NCBI GenBank assembly: GCA_039545335.1
Contig: BCIN01000006.1
Location: forward strand, 558,001 to 622,000
Reading direction: 5' to 3'
Origin: Kondoa subrosea
Lineage: Eukaryota
Length of the DNA stretch: 64,000 nt
Under the pieces are notes generated by a model. It had not been told where the DNA came from, made no database searches, and was given only the letters and a program-made list of their open reading frames with translations. Below, in pieces: positions 1 to 13,169 of this stretch (positions are counted from its first letter, which is position 1; the number at the start of each line of letters is the position of its first letter). The position numbers and the translations under genes are program-made.

Positions 1-1831
1 TAAGGCTGGGTTGAGATACGGATAGACTTCGACATCTCGGTAGAAGTGAGCAATAGATCGAGCGGAACCATCTTTATTTTTGAGTTTCATTGAGCTGTAT
101 CAACCTGCTTAGCCAAGAAGTTGAGTAGCTAGGGTGCTGTACTCACCCAATGACGATATACTTGACAACACCTTGTTTGCTCTTCAAACAACCTTTTGCA
201 CCTTTCCCAACCGGCAAACGCATTTGAAAGGGGAAAGAGTGCGCGCCAGTATTGCCTTTGAAGAAACCCTCTTCATCCGGCTGAGAATCAAAGCAAGGTA
301 AAGTTTTCGCCATCTTCCCTTGATCGCCTATGCTATCGACAACAACGGCGTGATGGTAGAAGATGTGACGAGCACCAGAAGTGAGCTCTGTCGTATCAAT
401 TAGTACTTCGACCATTGCAAGCTAAAATAAAAGAAGGTAAAGCTCACCCTCAAAGCCAACGATCCTAGCTTTCGGACAACCGATCCAGACTTCTCCTTCT
501 CTAGTACTTCTTACTCTCACTTCCATTTTGCCCTTGAGTAGACCACCTTCCACAACTAAATTGCTGTCCAGAACCACATCCAATTCCACTCTAGCTTTAG
601 TTTTCGCTTGTTCCAATATGACCGTGCTTGGTTTTCTGGTCAACGTATGTTCTGTACCAGCTGAAGAGCCATTAGAAACAGAAGAAGCAGTAGGAAGGGT
701 CGGTGAAGCTTGAGAAGCTTCTGCTAAAGTTTTCTTGCTATTGCTTGGTGCTAGTAAACGATTGAGTTCTCTTTGTCTTTTCACTGGGTTGGCTCCTGCT
801 GATAAGAGAGTGCTTTGACGTTGTAATGGACCAGAAGATATAGCAGAAGAGGATGATGCGATAGAAGGTTCTCCAATGATACTGCCTGGAACTGGAATAC
901 TGTCTTGAGAGGTGGGAGGGCTGATAACAGGAGGCATTTGCACTTGAGGTACTAGTTTGGCAGCTCGGGCGGCGGCCATTTCTGCTGCTGAAGTATAAGA
1001 GGAAGCGGTTGTTGAGGAGGAAGTAGCTGGAGATGCTTCGCTGTCCAATTGAGAAGAGGCGGGAACATCGACAGCTTGCATCCTCTGTAGGTCGATGGAG
1101 TTGGATCTTGGTCGCTGAGCTGCTTGCATGTTGGACAGATGCGAAAGTTCCATCATAGATTGTGGCCGACTGAGAGTTTGCGCTCGCATTCCAGCAGGCC
1201 TGCTTTCGATAACGACTGTTTCGCCATGTAAGTCACTGTAGCTTTTTGTAGTTTGCACGCCTTGATGTGATTGAGATCGGGCATGCATTGTCTGAGGACC
1301 GCCATATCGAGATGGAAAGTCTTGCTGCGATAGAGAACGTTGGTGCTGTCTCATTTCAGCTGATCTTGCAATGCTGGATAGCTGATTGAGAGATTGAACA
1401 TGTCGCATGTTATGAATTGAGGCAGAACGGGATAAACTTTCACTTCGTTGACGTTGATTCATTGCAGGCCTTTGCTGCTGCTGATAGTGGTGTTCTTCAA
1501 GTTGATGCTGGACGGTCATCGAATCCGCTTCCTCATCCAACGGTTCAGCCGAGCTGTCTCCTTGATATTCATACTCTTCTTCCCCCTCATCCTCATCATA
1601 AGAATCATCTCCGAGCACAATAGGCGTAGAGTCATCTATCCTAGCCCTTCGTTGACCGCTTGATGTTGTTGAAGGGATGCTTGCAACTGAAGTCGGTCTT
1701 TCAGGTAGCGGTCTTTTCAGAACTGAAGCCAAGTGACCAGATCCGCCTCTTTGCAAGCAAGTGACCAAAGGATTGGGTGCAGGCACCTCAGGCGAAAGAG
1801 GTGGGTCGAAATTGATGCCTAAGCCTTCCAT
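1..1831 (-). CDS. Arrestin-fold domain protein with long low-complexity N-terminus (3' end runs off the window)
   Basis: ATG at 1831 (MEGLGINFDP). ORFs 422-1888 and 143-415 are joined by GT-AG introns. Segments ARVELDVVLDSNLVVEGGLLKGKMEV, HSFPFQMRLP, GVVKYIVI and IAHFYRDVEVYPY resemble basidiomycete arrestin-like proteins. Confidence 0.7.
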
Positions 1832-2179
1832 GTTTGGGTTCTTATAAGCTCTCGGAATCACAATGTAGCGGGTATTAAGGCATAACAAGGAACGAGAAAA
1901 AGTAACAAGGTCACTCGATTCAAGCTAGGACCAAGGAAAAGTGGAACTTCAACGAGCAAACAACAAAGTGCAACGAAAAAAGCGCGTGACGCGAACAATA
2001 AAACCCGAGACGCAGCAGGCTCGCACGCTAAGCAGAGCACGGAAGAAGAGCGGAACAGTCATATCACGCGAGAAGATGGCAGTACCCTGGAAACAAGAAA
2101 TGTCAAAGAAATTTATGCGCAAGCATCCTTGACTCGAACTGCGGGATTTGATACCCCTGTACATGCGAGAACAACAGCC

Positions 2180-3761
2180 ATGACATCCAGCGACAGCCCT
2201 GTGCAGCGGCATTTGACCATTGTCGTAAAATTGGGCACCTCATCTATCGTTTCCGAATCTACTCTTCAGCCGCAACTCTCTGTCCTGTCGTCTATAGCTG
2301 AAACAATATGTACATTACGGGCATTGGGTCATCGAGTAGTCCTGGTCTCGTCTGGCGCAATCGGTATGGGACTCAAGAGAATGGGTTTGACGAAGAAACC
2401 TAAAGCTTTGGCAGACAAGCAGGTCGGCAGAAGGTGTTGCTGATCAGTCTTGTGCTGATTTATCTATCTATCTGCTGTTCGACAGGCGCTAGCTGCTATT
2501 GGTCAAGGTCGACTGATCGCTCTATACGACGCACTCTTTACACAGCTTGGGCAGCCAATCTCTCAGATTCTGCTCACTAGAACAGACATAGCTGAAGTGA
2601 GTCCATGCCGTTCATCGTGCCTCTGCGGCTGATGTTGATCTGGCCAGTGATTCTCTAGAGATCCCGATATCTTAACGCAACCAAAACTCTGTCGTCTCTG
2701 CTCGCAATGGGTGTAGTACCTATAGTCAACGAAAACGATACGATCGCAGTACAAGAGATCAAGTTTGGTGACAACGATACTCTTTCTGCTATCACGGCAG
2801 GAATGGTCAAGGCAGATTACCTTTTCCTTCTGACGGATGTGGACTGCCTGTACACTGATAACCCTCGCAAAAGCCCCGATGCGAAACCTGTAACTGTCGT
2901 TCGAAATCTTGAAGCAGTACGCCGAATGGGTAGGTCAATCATCGATTCACATCTATATGATGTAATTGATGCGGTTTGGACCTACAGTATCTACCTCTAC
3001 GCTTGGCTCTTCCCTCGGTACAGGCGGCATGGAAACGAAGCTCATAGCCGCTGAATTAGCGACAGGCGCCGGAGTATCAACTATTATATCCCATTCTTCC
3101 AAACCTCAAAATATTCTCTCCATCATTTCTACTCCTTTACCCTCTCAATCTTCAGGAGAGATCGAATTCGGTTCTTTAGAGCACATTCCAACACATACTA
3201 TCTTCTTACCTAGTTCCGAAAGAATGCCAGATCGACGTTGGTGGATCTTGCATGGTTTAGCACCAAGAGGTTTGATCGTTATAGATCAAGGAGCATACAG
3301 AGCTATCTTCTCTTCTCGGAAATATACCAGAAACGCAAACGCCATAGCAAATGAAGGAAACGGCGGAAGATTGCTAGCTGCTGGTGTAGTCAGTGTGGAA
3401 GGCAATTTTGCTGCTGGGCAAGCTGTTAGAATAGCTGTGAGAAGACCGATCAGGCTGAATGATGGTGAAGATGGTTTAGGATCGGCTGAAAGCAGTATTG
3501 GCGATTTAAGAGCTTTGGATCAGGCTCTAAGCGAAGGTGCGATGGAGACTGTGGAAGTGGGGCGAGGGCTAGCAAACTATAACTGGCAAGAGATCGATCG
3601 CATCAAAGGCATGAAAAGGTTAGATTTACTTTGGCTGGATCAGAGCGAGCTCATTGTGTTGCGAAATCAGTTCGGAAGTCGAACATATTCTTGGTTACTC
3701 GGAAAGCGAGCACGTCGTGGAAGCGATTTCTGGCATTCGTACAACAGAAACTATAGAGTAG
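2180..3761 (+). CDS. PRO1: Glutamate 5-kinase with C-terminal PUA domain
   Basis: Motifs [47 protein letters not shown], and PUA-like [15 protein letters not shown]...GRGLANY. Several short introns; stop TAG 3759-3761 follows the last intron. Confidence 0.95.
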
Positions 3762-3841
3762 CATGTCTATGAGCAATAAATTAAAGTTCGTGAATATGCA
3801 TGGTAAGGTAGTACATGGTTGCAGAGATTGTCCGATCTTGT

Positions 3842-5753
3842 TTATTTCATCTCATCCACTTCATTCATGTCATCCATCTCCATATCAGCCCATGCTTCGC
3901 TCCTAAGAGACAGCTTTGATATGTCGTCGCTAAATATGGATGCATCAATCGAACTTCTGCTCTCTATGCTGACTGAAGTTGTGGTGCTGAGGGATATAGA
4001 GGAAAGATTGAGATGTCGGAAGTCTATTGCGCTCCGATCTCGTTCGCGAAAGCTGCAATGTCTGTTCAGTACTGTAGACCTATATTGCTACAATTCTTAC
4101 TATCGTAGAGGTCTACCATCCTCATCTAGGGGTGAAAAAGCGGTCTTTTGAGCGGTGAAGACTTCATCCATCAGTAAAATATGACGTTTTTGATCTTCTG
4201 GTGTTTGTGTCGAGAATGATCGCGGCTCTGCGTACCGTAATGCTATTGATGGGTCATCTTTGATGAAGCTGAGACGCGATAGCGCTGTTTGAGGTGAAGT
4301 GAGGGGAGCAGGCTCAGATAAGCTTTCCGGTTTAGCTAGCTGTCGCTCTGCGCCAAGCGATAAGTCACTAAATTGTATCGTGGTAGTAAAATCCTACCTA
4401 GCCAGAAGGTTAGGTAGTCTATTGTTTCCGAACAAAACGGCTCCATATACGCCAACCCGTCTGGCGCGTCTGAGATTTGAGAGAAGCAATCAGCGAAGAA
4501 AATCTTGCACATAGTGCAGCACACCTTCTAAGATATGCAGCTCGCATTGCGCGTTGACCAGCTCCGCTTGCAGTATTTCGCCTAGGCGATGACTGTAGAT
4601 TAACGAGCTGTCGGGCTGAATGATGAGACAAGGTGTTTGCACGAAATGCAAAGCCTTCTTTGGTATCCGGAATCGGCTCTCTCTTTGGTACCAGATTTGC
4701 ATGAAGTCGGCCTGCAGAAAATTCAGTTACAGTGACAGATTGCCAAAGTATACTGACACAATCATTGGCTTTGAAATGCGTCAGTTAAAGCCGTTAGAAG
4801 CGTACGAAGTTGAACTTACGAGGATACCGGGTCTGAAAATGGGCGATGATCCGGTCGAGTAAATCAAGATCTTTCATAACCTGCGAACATTTGAGCTGAT
4901 GATCGAAGTCAAGAACCCGTGGCTAACATATGTCCTGTGATGCAGTTAGTATGATGGCTTAAGTGAACCATGAAGGGGCTTACGAGCTGAGTATAGATAG
5001 CTCGTAGTTCACTTCTTCTACGGCTTCCACCGTACTGCATCCATGTAAGCAATGCCTCTGGTTTTGATGATGCAAGACTCACGATGCTCTTATCCAAGCC
5101 TTCATGGTCATTAGAGCTAGTCCGCAGAGTAAAATCATGCCATTCTCACCGGTCTTAGGGCAGAGCTATGCAAATAGAATCAGTATTGCAGTTGTTGTCT
5201 CACTGATACACGTACGATGCGCTTCTGGCCCAGGGAACATCTCTGGTTGTCTGTCAGAGGTACTGAAGTCATTTCCGATAAGGTTGCTCACTTGAAATCA
5301 CCCAAAGCAGATAGAACCAGCGAAAGGATATTTGTTGGAAAGAGCAACGAGAAGCGTAGAGCTATATGGCTATTCTCATCACATAAGTGCATGCTCCGAG
5401 AAACAGCCGAGGATGACATACTTTCCGCACTGTTGTGTAGCAAAGACGTGCATGGCAGGGAGTTCCAATATGGCTTGAGCGAAAGCCAAATCCGCGGCTT
5501 GTACCCAGAAGTCTGTTGAAGAAGCTACTGGTGCTTTTGTACGACCACACCCTCGCTGATCAAAGGCGATTATAGTAAAGTTCTCTTGCAAATAGGCACA
5601 ATTGAAGAACTTGTCGAGAAAATCCGTCGACAGAAAGCCTGGATGCAGTAGACATAGAACAGGTTTGTAAGGTGATCTATCCGAAATAGTACCACTAGGT
5701 GTGGAAATGCGGTAGAAGAGGGAAATGTCAGCATTCAAATGAACGAAAGGCAT
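3842..5753 (-). CDS. Alpha/beta-hydrolase fold protein
   Basis: MPFVHLNADISLFY...LCLLHPGFL...IIAFDQRGCGRT is a typical hydrolase N-terminus. Multi-exon, with an acidic C-terminal tail ending at TAA 3842-3844. Internal exons were not fully resolved. Confidence 0.75.
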
Positions 5754-5994
5754 GCTGACAGGCGATTTCGCAGAAGAAGAGAGCGGTAAGAGAGATGATA
5801 GGCATTTGACGAACGGCAACAACGGGCAAAGAAAATAGCCATGCTTTAGAAGCGGTCTTCTGAACAATGTAGCGGCGAAAGAAAATCAATTTATAGACAA
5901 CAACATTCTAAGTGCTGAAGGCTGAAACAGTCGCAGCGGCCCGACAACTACGTTGTGCGTGAAGGTATACATGTAAACACTGCTAGATATCTAT

Positions 5995-7096
5995 CTACAA
6001 GCGAAGTGAAGGATGGTTGACAATGGATAAGGATGCTATAATGATCTAGAGCAAAGTCCCTCAGCGGGAATGTCACGACACTATTACCTCACTTACCTCG
6101 AGCATTTCCTCTGCAGCATCGGTCAAATAGAGAGGTTCGAACTGTTCGAGAGCACCAGACATCAGCGAGACATCTGTCGAATGTACTGTTTCTCCTTACG
6201 GCAGGGTTCTCATCGGATCTGAACGCTTCGAATGAAACCATGGAAAAAAGCAGACAGAGGACATACGCTCGTGTGTCGAGTCTTTGAGTTGTAGCCATAA
6301 GTGCCTTGTCGCCCTTTCTCTGCATCGTCCAATAGGCAAAGCCATTGTCGGGCCAAAGTGGTTCAGTGTTCATTAAGCACCATTCGTAACTCTGACCAGA
6401 GTATTTGAAGACTCTTGTGTTACGACTGGAATTCCTACTTGAGTCAGATTTGCAAGCAGGTGCCAGTATCAGCGAGCATACGCCATGAAGCCCTTGACAC
6501 CTCTGTACACGATAAGTCTCGGTCGAAAATTGCGGCATTGGAACCTACAGCAATTCCTTCATTGGAGCGACATTCTTAGTATTAGGCGCGGTAGGTAAAG
6601 TAATTATGCTCTTGTCTCGGCTGCTTCGATTGATCTCTACTCTGCCAATCTCTTTAGATGCAGAAGTTAAGCGACCTTCGGCTATTTTGAGCGTATTTTG
6701 GGATTGATAAGAAGTGTACAGGATTTCAGTTGAATTGCCGCTGGTCCAGACTTGCTGCGATGAGAGAGTCAAATGTGTGTAGATAGGCTAGCAGAAAATG
6801 TACGTACTGAAGCACACTGAATGCCATCTACCAATACTGACGAGCTTTTCCAAACGCGTTTCTTGTGCTCGAAATGGTATCCAGTAGGCAAGCGAAAGAA
6901 ATGACCATCTTCGACTTCATCCTTTGAATTCAGTTCTAGCTGTATAGCGGTTGCTGAAAGCGAGATCAGCGGACCAGGGAGATAAGCAAATTGGAGTTGC
7001 TGCGGCTGGATGAACGAGTCTTACGCGGCGTGACTACAATCAAGGTATTAGCTTGACAGATAGCCATAGGAGTGGACTTTGTCACTTACACACCAT
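5995..7096 (-). CDS. Hypothetical protein (DUF6593-like beta-rich fungal protein), micro-exons at 5' end
   Basis: Splicing of GTAAGT/GTAAGA...AG introns gives MVFTPPTAIQLELNSKDEVEDG. Later exons include RVFKYSGQSYEW. The last exon is IIIASLSIVNHPSLRL*. Confidence 0.55.
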
Positions 7097-7733
7097 CAAG
7101 AGAAACGCTGGCGAAAATTGACTGCTGTTTGATTGTCAGTGTAGAGTGCTCTTTTGCGCAAGAGTTCAGATGAAAGAGAATGAGCAAAGCAGAGCGCGGT
7201 TCAAGAGCAAGAGGAATTTGAAAATTGCAAGAGGGTCTGAACTTTAGCTTCTGTTCTTTGATGATAGTGGAGCAACGAATTTAGACGGTGGACTTAGTAC
7301 CATTGCGAGTCTATTCAGTCCACTACCATGATATGAATGCAGGCTGTTGTCGATTATATCGTGTACAGAGAACCTAAGGAGAACTATCGATGCCCATGGT
7401 ACTGTTGGACGAATCAATGCAGTTCACTGGGAAATGTAATCGGCTCACCTTAAAGCAACGCTCTTCTACTCAAGTGAAACCTGATCGATATATCCGATTG
7501 CTGATGGCGACGAATACGACCGTACGAATACTCCTCTTGCTTCGTTCCGATTCCTATATCATGTAACGGATCAATGCAATTGTTTGAAAAGTGCGAAAAG
7601 CTGACCTAATGTAATAGTCTGCTGATAGAGCCCATGCTGCTCACCAAAACAGCCTTGTCCTTTTCAACGAGCTTGACCGCAAAGTTCACGAGCAATGAAT
7701 GCTCTTGCTTCGCTTGACCTTCGCTTGAGACAT

Positions 7734-9121
7734 TCATGCCAAACTTCTCATAAAGCGATGATCACCCATCTTCCCACTCCTGAAATTCCCAAGCAATGCT
7801 TTACCGTACGATCTTTTCCTATTCAAACTCGATTGAAATCCAGCGTCAATATGATCCATTTTAAGTGGTGTAGTTTTAGGTAAAAGAGCAGCTTCTGCTT
7901 CGACTTTTGGAATTGGAGCAGGTGCAGAGAAAGGTCCCAAAGGAATTGCATTGGAAGAAGGCATGAGATCCAACAGTTGAAGTGATTTGTCCTGGAAATC
8001 AGCAGTACTATCTTTCCTGTTGATTGAAGCTGGTCTATCTTTCTCTTCGTCGTCATCTTCCTCCGCTTCTGATCCACCCATGTCTATATCTTTATCTCTC
8101 ATTTGATCTGAAGTAGTAGCTACATTGGAAGCCTTGTTAAACGAATTCTTATGACTAGGATCTTCAATAGCTGAGCTCGTACTATTAGTTGATGTACTAC
8201 CCGATGTGGAGGGTTTAGTAGAAGCGAGAGAATCGCTGATCTGTTTATACTTCAATCCATCTTGACATAGCGAGCGAACCATTTCTATCGCTATCAGACC
8301 AAGTACATCTGGTATTTCATCTGCATCTCGAGGTTCTAGTCTGAGTTGGCCTTATGAGCGGGATGTGCAAGAGAACAAGTAAAGACAAACCCTAAGAAGT
8401 CGCGAAACCTTTTTGCTGTGAAACATATCAGGGCTGCTTTTCAATACTGATGTGAAGATAGCTAGCCTTTGCGATAGACGAAGGACGCTGTTCTGCATTC
8501 TGCGTAGTAGTTGTAATCATCCAGAGACATTCCGCTAGTCATCTCATTCGCTGCCTAAACATCATCTTCAGCGATACATCATATTCTGAACGATGAAAGC
8601 ACCTTCAAGCGCTTCCTACTACGTTCATCAAGCTCCCAATCCTCTTCAGGCTCTTCATCCGATAGATCATCCTTCTCCAACACTGCTAGCCCATTACTCA
8701 AGCTGGTCATAAGATCCCAAGGCAAGCTAATCATCCTCTTCTTGTTCGCACGAAGTTTGGTCGTCTCTTCAGACGAATTGTTGAGTGTAGTCATATCAGG
8801 TTCATCGTTCTCTGGTAAAGATTCTCCACCATCCAAAGATAATTTCCTCACTTCTTTCCAACCCAAATAGGTAACACATCTTCTTAAAGCAGAAGAATCT
8901 TTCCGAATCAAGAACAAAACATCTTCGACTATTAAACCTTTGGTGTTACCAGATAATTTGGCACGTCGTTTCCTAGCTAAAGCGATCATGGAAGATAATT
9001 GCATGCGTAAGATATCTTCTATGTATTCTGCTGTAGGCTTCAGAGCTCCAGGATGTCGAGCTTCTCCGTGAACAAACATCATTTGCTGGATTTCTGACGT
9101 GAAGCGGTATCGTCCAGCCAT
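7734..9121 (-). CDS. SPT3: SAGA complex subunit Spt3 (histone-fold TBP-binding protein)
   Basis: YRFTSEIQQMMFVHGE, VEDVLFLIRKD, YLGWKEVRK, LPWD, and C-terminal LLGNFRSG match Spt3. Confidence 0.9.
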
Positions 9122-9427
9122 GGCAGAGATTAGTTATAGGGTGGTCGACGCTATCAAGTTCACACGGTATTGGCGTAATCCACCTTGGCTGTTGAAGAAC
9201 AGTGTAAGGATTGTACTCAATTCCTGACTCTCTAGCATTACGCCGGAGCGGATTACAGAAGATTATCGGTACAGCTCGTCACGACCCGCGGAGTCAGACA
9301 ACGAAATTGATTCCAATGAACAGCATACCCATAGCATTAAACTTTCCGATGTATCCACACATAATATATATTATTGGATGCTCGAAATCCTTTCCGATCA
9401 TATTCCATACTCCCGAATCTATTGCCT

Positions 9428-10689
9428 TTACATTTGAGGCCACACTTTGCTTTCCAACATCAATGTTCGTTGGAACAATTTGCTAGCTAGCTTCTCATCC
9501 AAGATACCGATATCGACATAACCTTGAACATTGGTAGCGATTCTTCCAGTAAAGTTACCAAACGCATGACCTGGACATAAATGATCATTAGCTATGCTTT
9601 ACAATTTCATTTGGGGTGTCCGAAAAACGCACTAGTCCAATGAGAAACCAATTTCTGAGCAGGAGTTAAATCTGATCCCCATAAACCAGCAACCAACTGT
9701 CTGTCCAAAGTACGAGGTGTCATTAATGGTGCGTTTGAGTTCTCGTTGCCTTCTTCGTCATCCTTGTCTGATTGGAACAACCCATTCTCAATCATCTTTT
9801 CCTTCACTAAACCCCATCCATCGTGATAGACCTGTCCGTCCACATGGTTGCAAATCAGATCAACACTGATTGTGCAGTGAAACATGAACAGACCTGAGCC
9901 AATGACCAAATAATAACCAAACATTCAGGTAAAGGAGCATCAGTAGCAGCAGCCAAAAGGAAATCGACCGAAGACCAATTAGCTGGAGTCAATTGATTAG
10001 TTGAATCTTCACTTGATTGAACATTATCATTCGGGGAATCGGAAAAGGAAATATCAGCTAAACCAATTTCAGTTTCATCTTCTAGTTCCAAAAGGATGTG
10101 ACCGAGGAAATCTATTTGTTGATGAATTGTTTGAACGGCTTCACAGATCAGATCGACTGTCAACCACCCCACACATGAACAAAGTCAAGCTTTGAATTGA
10201 GTTCAATGACTGACGAGAATTCTGTTACTCGATTAGCTTTGTTACAGGTATAGGGACAGTGAAAACAAACCTGTTCATGTGGGAAATTCCTCTCTTCGAG
10301 CGTTGTAACTTTTGCAAGCGCATGACCGAGCAATTTGACGAATCCCAATCGAGCGTGCAGACGATGTTGATTAACCCAATGCATTAGTACTTTAGGTGGA
10401 ACGCTATCTTTACCCTGTCCGAACACAGAATATGAGCTTTCATCGAGCCTTGAATGTCAATGATGCGGACCATTGCATTAAAGAATGGATTGAGGGAAGT
10501 GACTTGTAAGTAAAGATCTTTGTGCTGATTGAGCAACTTCTCTGTGAGTATTGTGACCCGCTAAGCTCCTTGATCGAGCAAGCCATGAGACAGCATGAGC
10601 TCACCAGTTAATAATTCGCTTCGGTTTCGCTTTGACATTGAAGCGAAATCATCAATCGGACCATCTTGAGATCTGATAGAGCCTGGCAT
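9428..10689 (-). CDS. TenA/THI-4/PqqC (heme-oxygenase-like fold) family protein, divergent
   Basis: The spliced product reads LLTEKLL...TSLNPFF...LMHWVNQHRLHARLGFVK...ECLVIIWSLAQVYHDGW...SHWTSHAFG...LESKVWPQM*, which follows the pattern of fungal TenA_E-like proteins. Confidence 0.65.
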
Positions 10690-10780
10690 AGCTTGCGTGA
10701 GTTCCAAAGTCAAGGAGAGAGAGAAGGGGAGAAACATCGGGATTGCATTTATTGTTTTGTAAGTTTTATCATTCGCATGA

Positions 10781-10798
10781 CTCTCTCTCTCTCTCTCT
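10781..10798. repeat. (CT)9 microsatellite in the divergent promoter region
   Basis: ctctctctctctctctct read directly from the sequence. Confidence 0.9.
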
Positions 10799-10977
10799 TT
10801 CCCCATCTCCGAACTCCTTATCTCAACCCGCCAAAGACTCAACATAGTACCTTGAGGCGACTTGATATACCTGATCTTATCAGAATAACACGAACAGACA
10901 GCGAAACCAGCCATTGTTATCGTGACAACTCACGCTCTTATCTCCCCTTTTCCCCCTTTCTCTAATCAACAGCAAGC

Positions 10978-12818
10978 ATGGGTCGATCTCTCATACCTCT
11001 GCTGATAGGCGGCATGCTACTAAGTGGTGTAGCAAATTCAATCTTCTCAAAGGCAAGTCCACTCCCTTTACCAAGGGGGAACATGGGCTGACTCGACTTA
11101 TTCTCGAATGTTATAGTATCAAGACATGCAATGCGTTGCTGATTGCGATACGGATCATCCTAGAGTCTTTGAACAACCAGTATGGCAAACGGCGACTATG
11201 TTTTTGGGAGAAATGCTCTGTTCGTTTAAATCTCATCGTTCCTCCTTTATCCTTCAACCTAATATCGATGGGCAAATAGGTCTACTAGCTCTCAGATTAA
11301 TCTTATCGCCTTTGAATCCATTCAGACCTCAATCGTCTAACAACACAGAAGAAGAAGAATTAAAAGGCAAATACAGCAAACTCGTTTCAAATCCATTAGA
11401 TTCCGGTATCGATATTGATGAAGCTTACTTACCTCCTCAATCATCGTCTAGAATATCAGCTGGAGTTGTACCATCTAAACTTACTGGCCAAGCATTGGAA
11501 GCTAGACATGGTCCTACTGTAGATCCAGTTGCTTTAGCTGTAGATCAAGCTGTTCCTGTTTATGAAGAAGAAGAGAGGTTGAAAGGTTGGAAACAACTGT
11601 TGTTTGCTTTACCAGCTTTGTTCGTTCCATTTGTGCTTTTATCAAGTTCTTTGCCTGATAGAATCTTTGCGATGGATGAACAGCTTCGATATTTGCGGCA
11701 CTACTCTAATGAACGTCGGACTCCTCTTTACACCCGTATCGATCTATCAAATGACCCGATCCGCCCTTGTCCTCTTCGTCGGCTTCTTTTCAGTCATTTA
11801 CCTCAATCGAAAACTATCCAAACCTCAATTTGCAGCTTTGGGTTTAGTCACTTTAGGTGTTTTCATTGTGGGTATGAGTGGAATGTTCAAGCCGACTACA
11901 AACTCGGCTGCTTCGGTTGATGGGGAAGTAGTAGAAGCTTCTCGAGTTTTGCTGGGAATTTGTTTGATCTTGTTTGCTCAAGTTTTGTTCGTGCTTCGAT
12001 TTTCCTGTGTTGAGTTTTGCTCATGAAAGGATTGTCCGCGAGCAGCACCGCTTCGCAATTCGTTATTGAAGAGAAGATCATGACTAGATATTCAGTCGAA
12101 CCACTCGTATGTGATCCTGTTAATCTATAGTCAAACTCGTTTTGATTCAACGATTTCGATCATATACAGCGAGCAGTAGGACTAGAAGGCACTTTTGGTC
12201 TAGCTACAACTCTCTTGATTATGGGTCTCGCTTTCCTCTTTGTTGGCTCAAAACCATCAGGTCAAGGAGGTTATTTCGACGCTCCTGATGGTTGGCATCA
12301 AATCATTTCCAACTCAGCTGTTTGGCATTCTTCAATGGCGATTTGTATTTCCATCGCTTTATTCAATTTCGTGCGTCCCTCAACACTCGCAATCAGTATA
12401 TGAACTGATAAAGAGAGTTGGGCGTACAGTTCGGATTAGCTGTAACGAAGAGTGTTTCGGCAACTGCTAGATCAACAATCGATTGCTGTCGTACTTTGGG
12501 TATTTGGGCAGTTTCGCTTTACCTAGGTTGGGAAGATTTTCAATTACTGCAAGTTGTCGGTTTCGTTGTTTTGGTTTATGGAACTTTGTGAGTCTCCCAT
12601 CATCATTATTACGAAGTAGGATGGAATGCTAAAATTGGATGGAACACAACAGCGTCTTTAATGATTTAATGAGGTTCCCAAGTTTTTGTTACGGCAACTC
12701 TGAACTTCCTAAAGGGTTGTCGTCTTCTCAATCATCACAAGTGGAAGAACCGAATCACTCAAGGCAAAAGAAGAAGAGCAGTAGTGTTGCAAGAGAAGAT
12801 ACACCTCTTTTGTCTTGA
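10978..12818 (+). CDS. SLC35F6-like nucleotide-sugar/drug-metabolite transporter
   Basis: GGMLLSGVANSIFSKYQDMQCV, FEQPVWQTATMFLGEMLC, DICGTTLMNVGL, SIYQMTRSALVLFVG, FVIEEKIM, ARSTIDCCRT. The first intron is GC-AG. Confidence 0.9.
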
Positions 12819-13169
12819 AACAGTGGCATTCTGTTAGGGATCAATATGTGTCTGTGAGGCATGCCAATGTTGTGGCATTCATTCATTCTGTCTATTTGGC
12901 ATCGTTTGTTTGTTTCTGTTAGCATTATTCCACAGCATTATCAATCATTTTGTACTATCTAATTGTATAACTCATCGAAACAATGTACTTTTACCTGGTG
13001 TCCAGACTCATAAAACCGAGTTTACTGATGACTATCGAAGGCGAACGTATGTCAAGCAGTCGCGCTGACAAGGAGCAGCCGGTTATCATTGTGCTCGACT
13101 TTATGTCATTGCATTTGTCTATATACATTAGTCTATTTGAGGCTTTCAACTTTCGGTAGTGCAAAGCAT

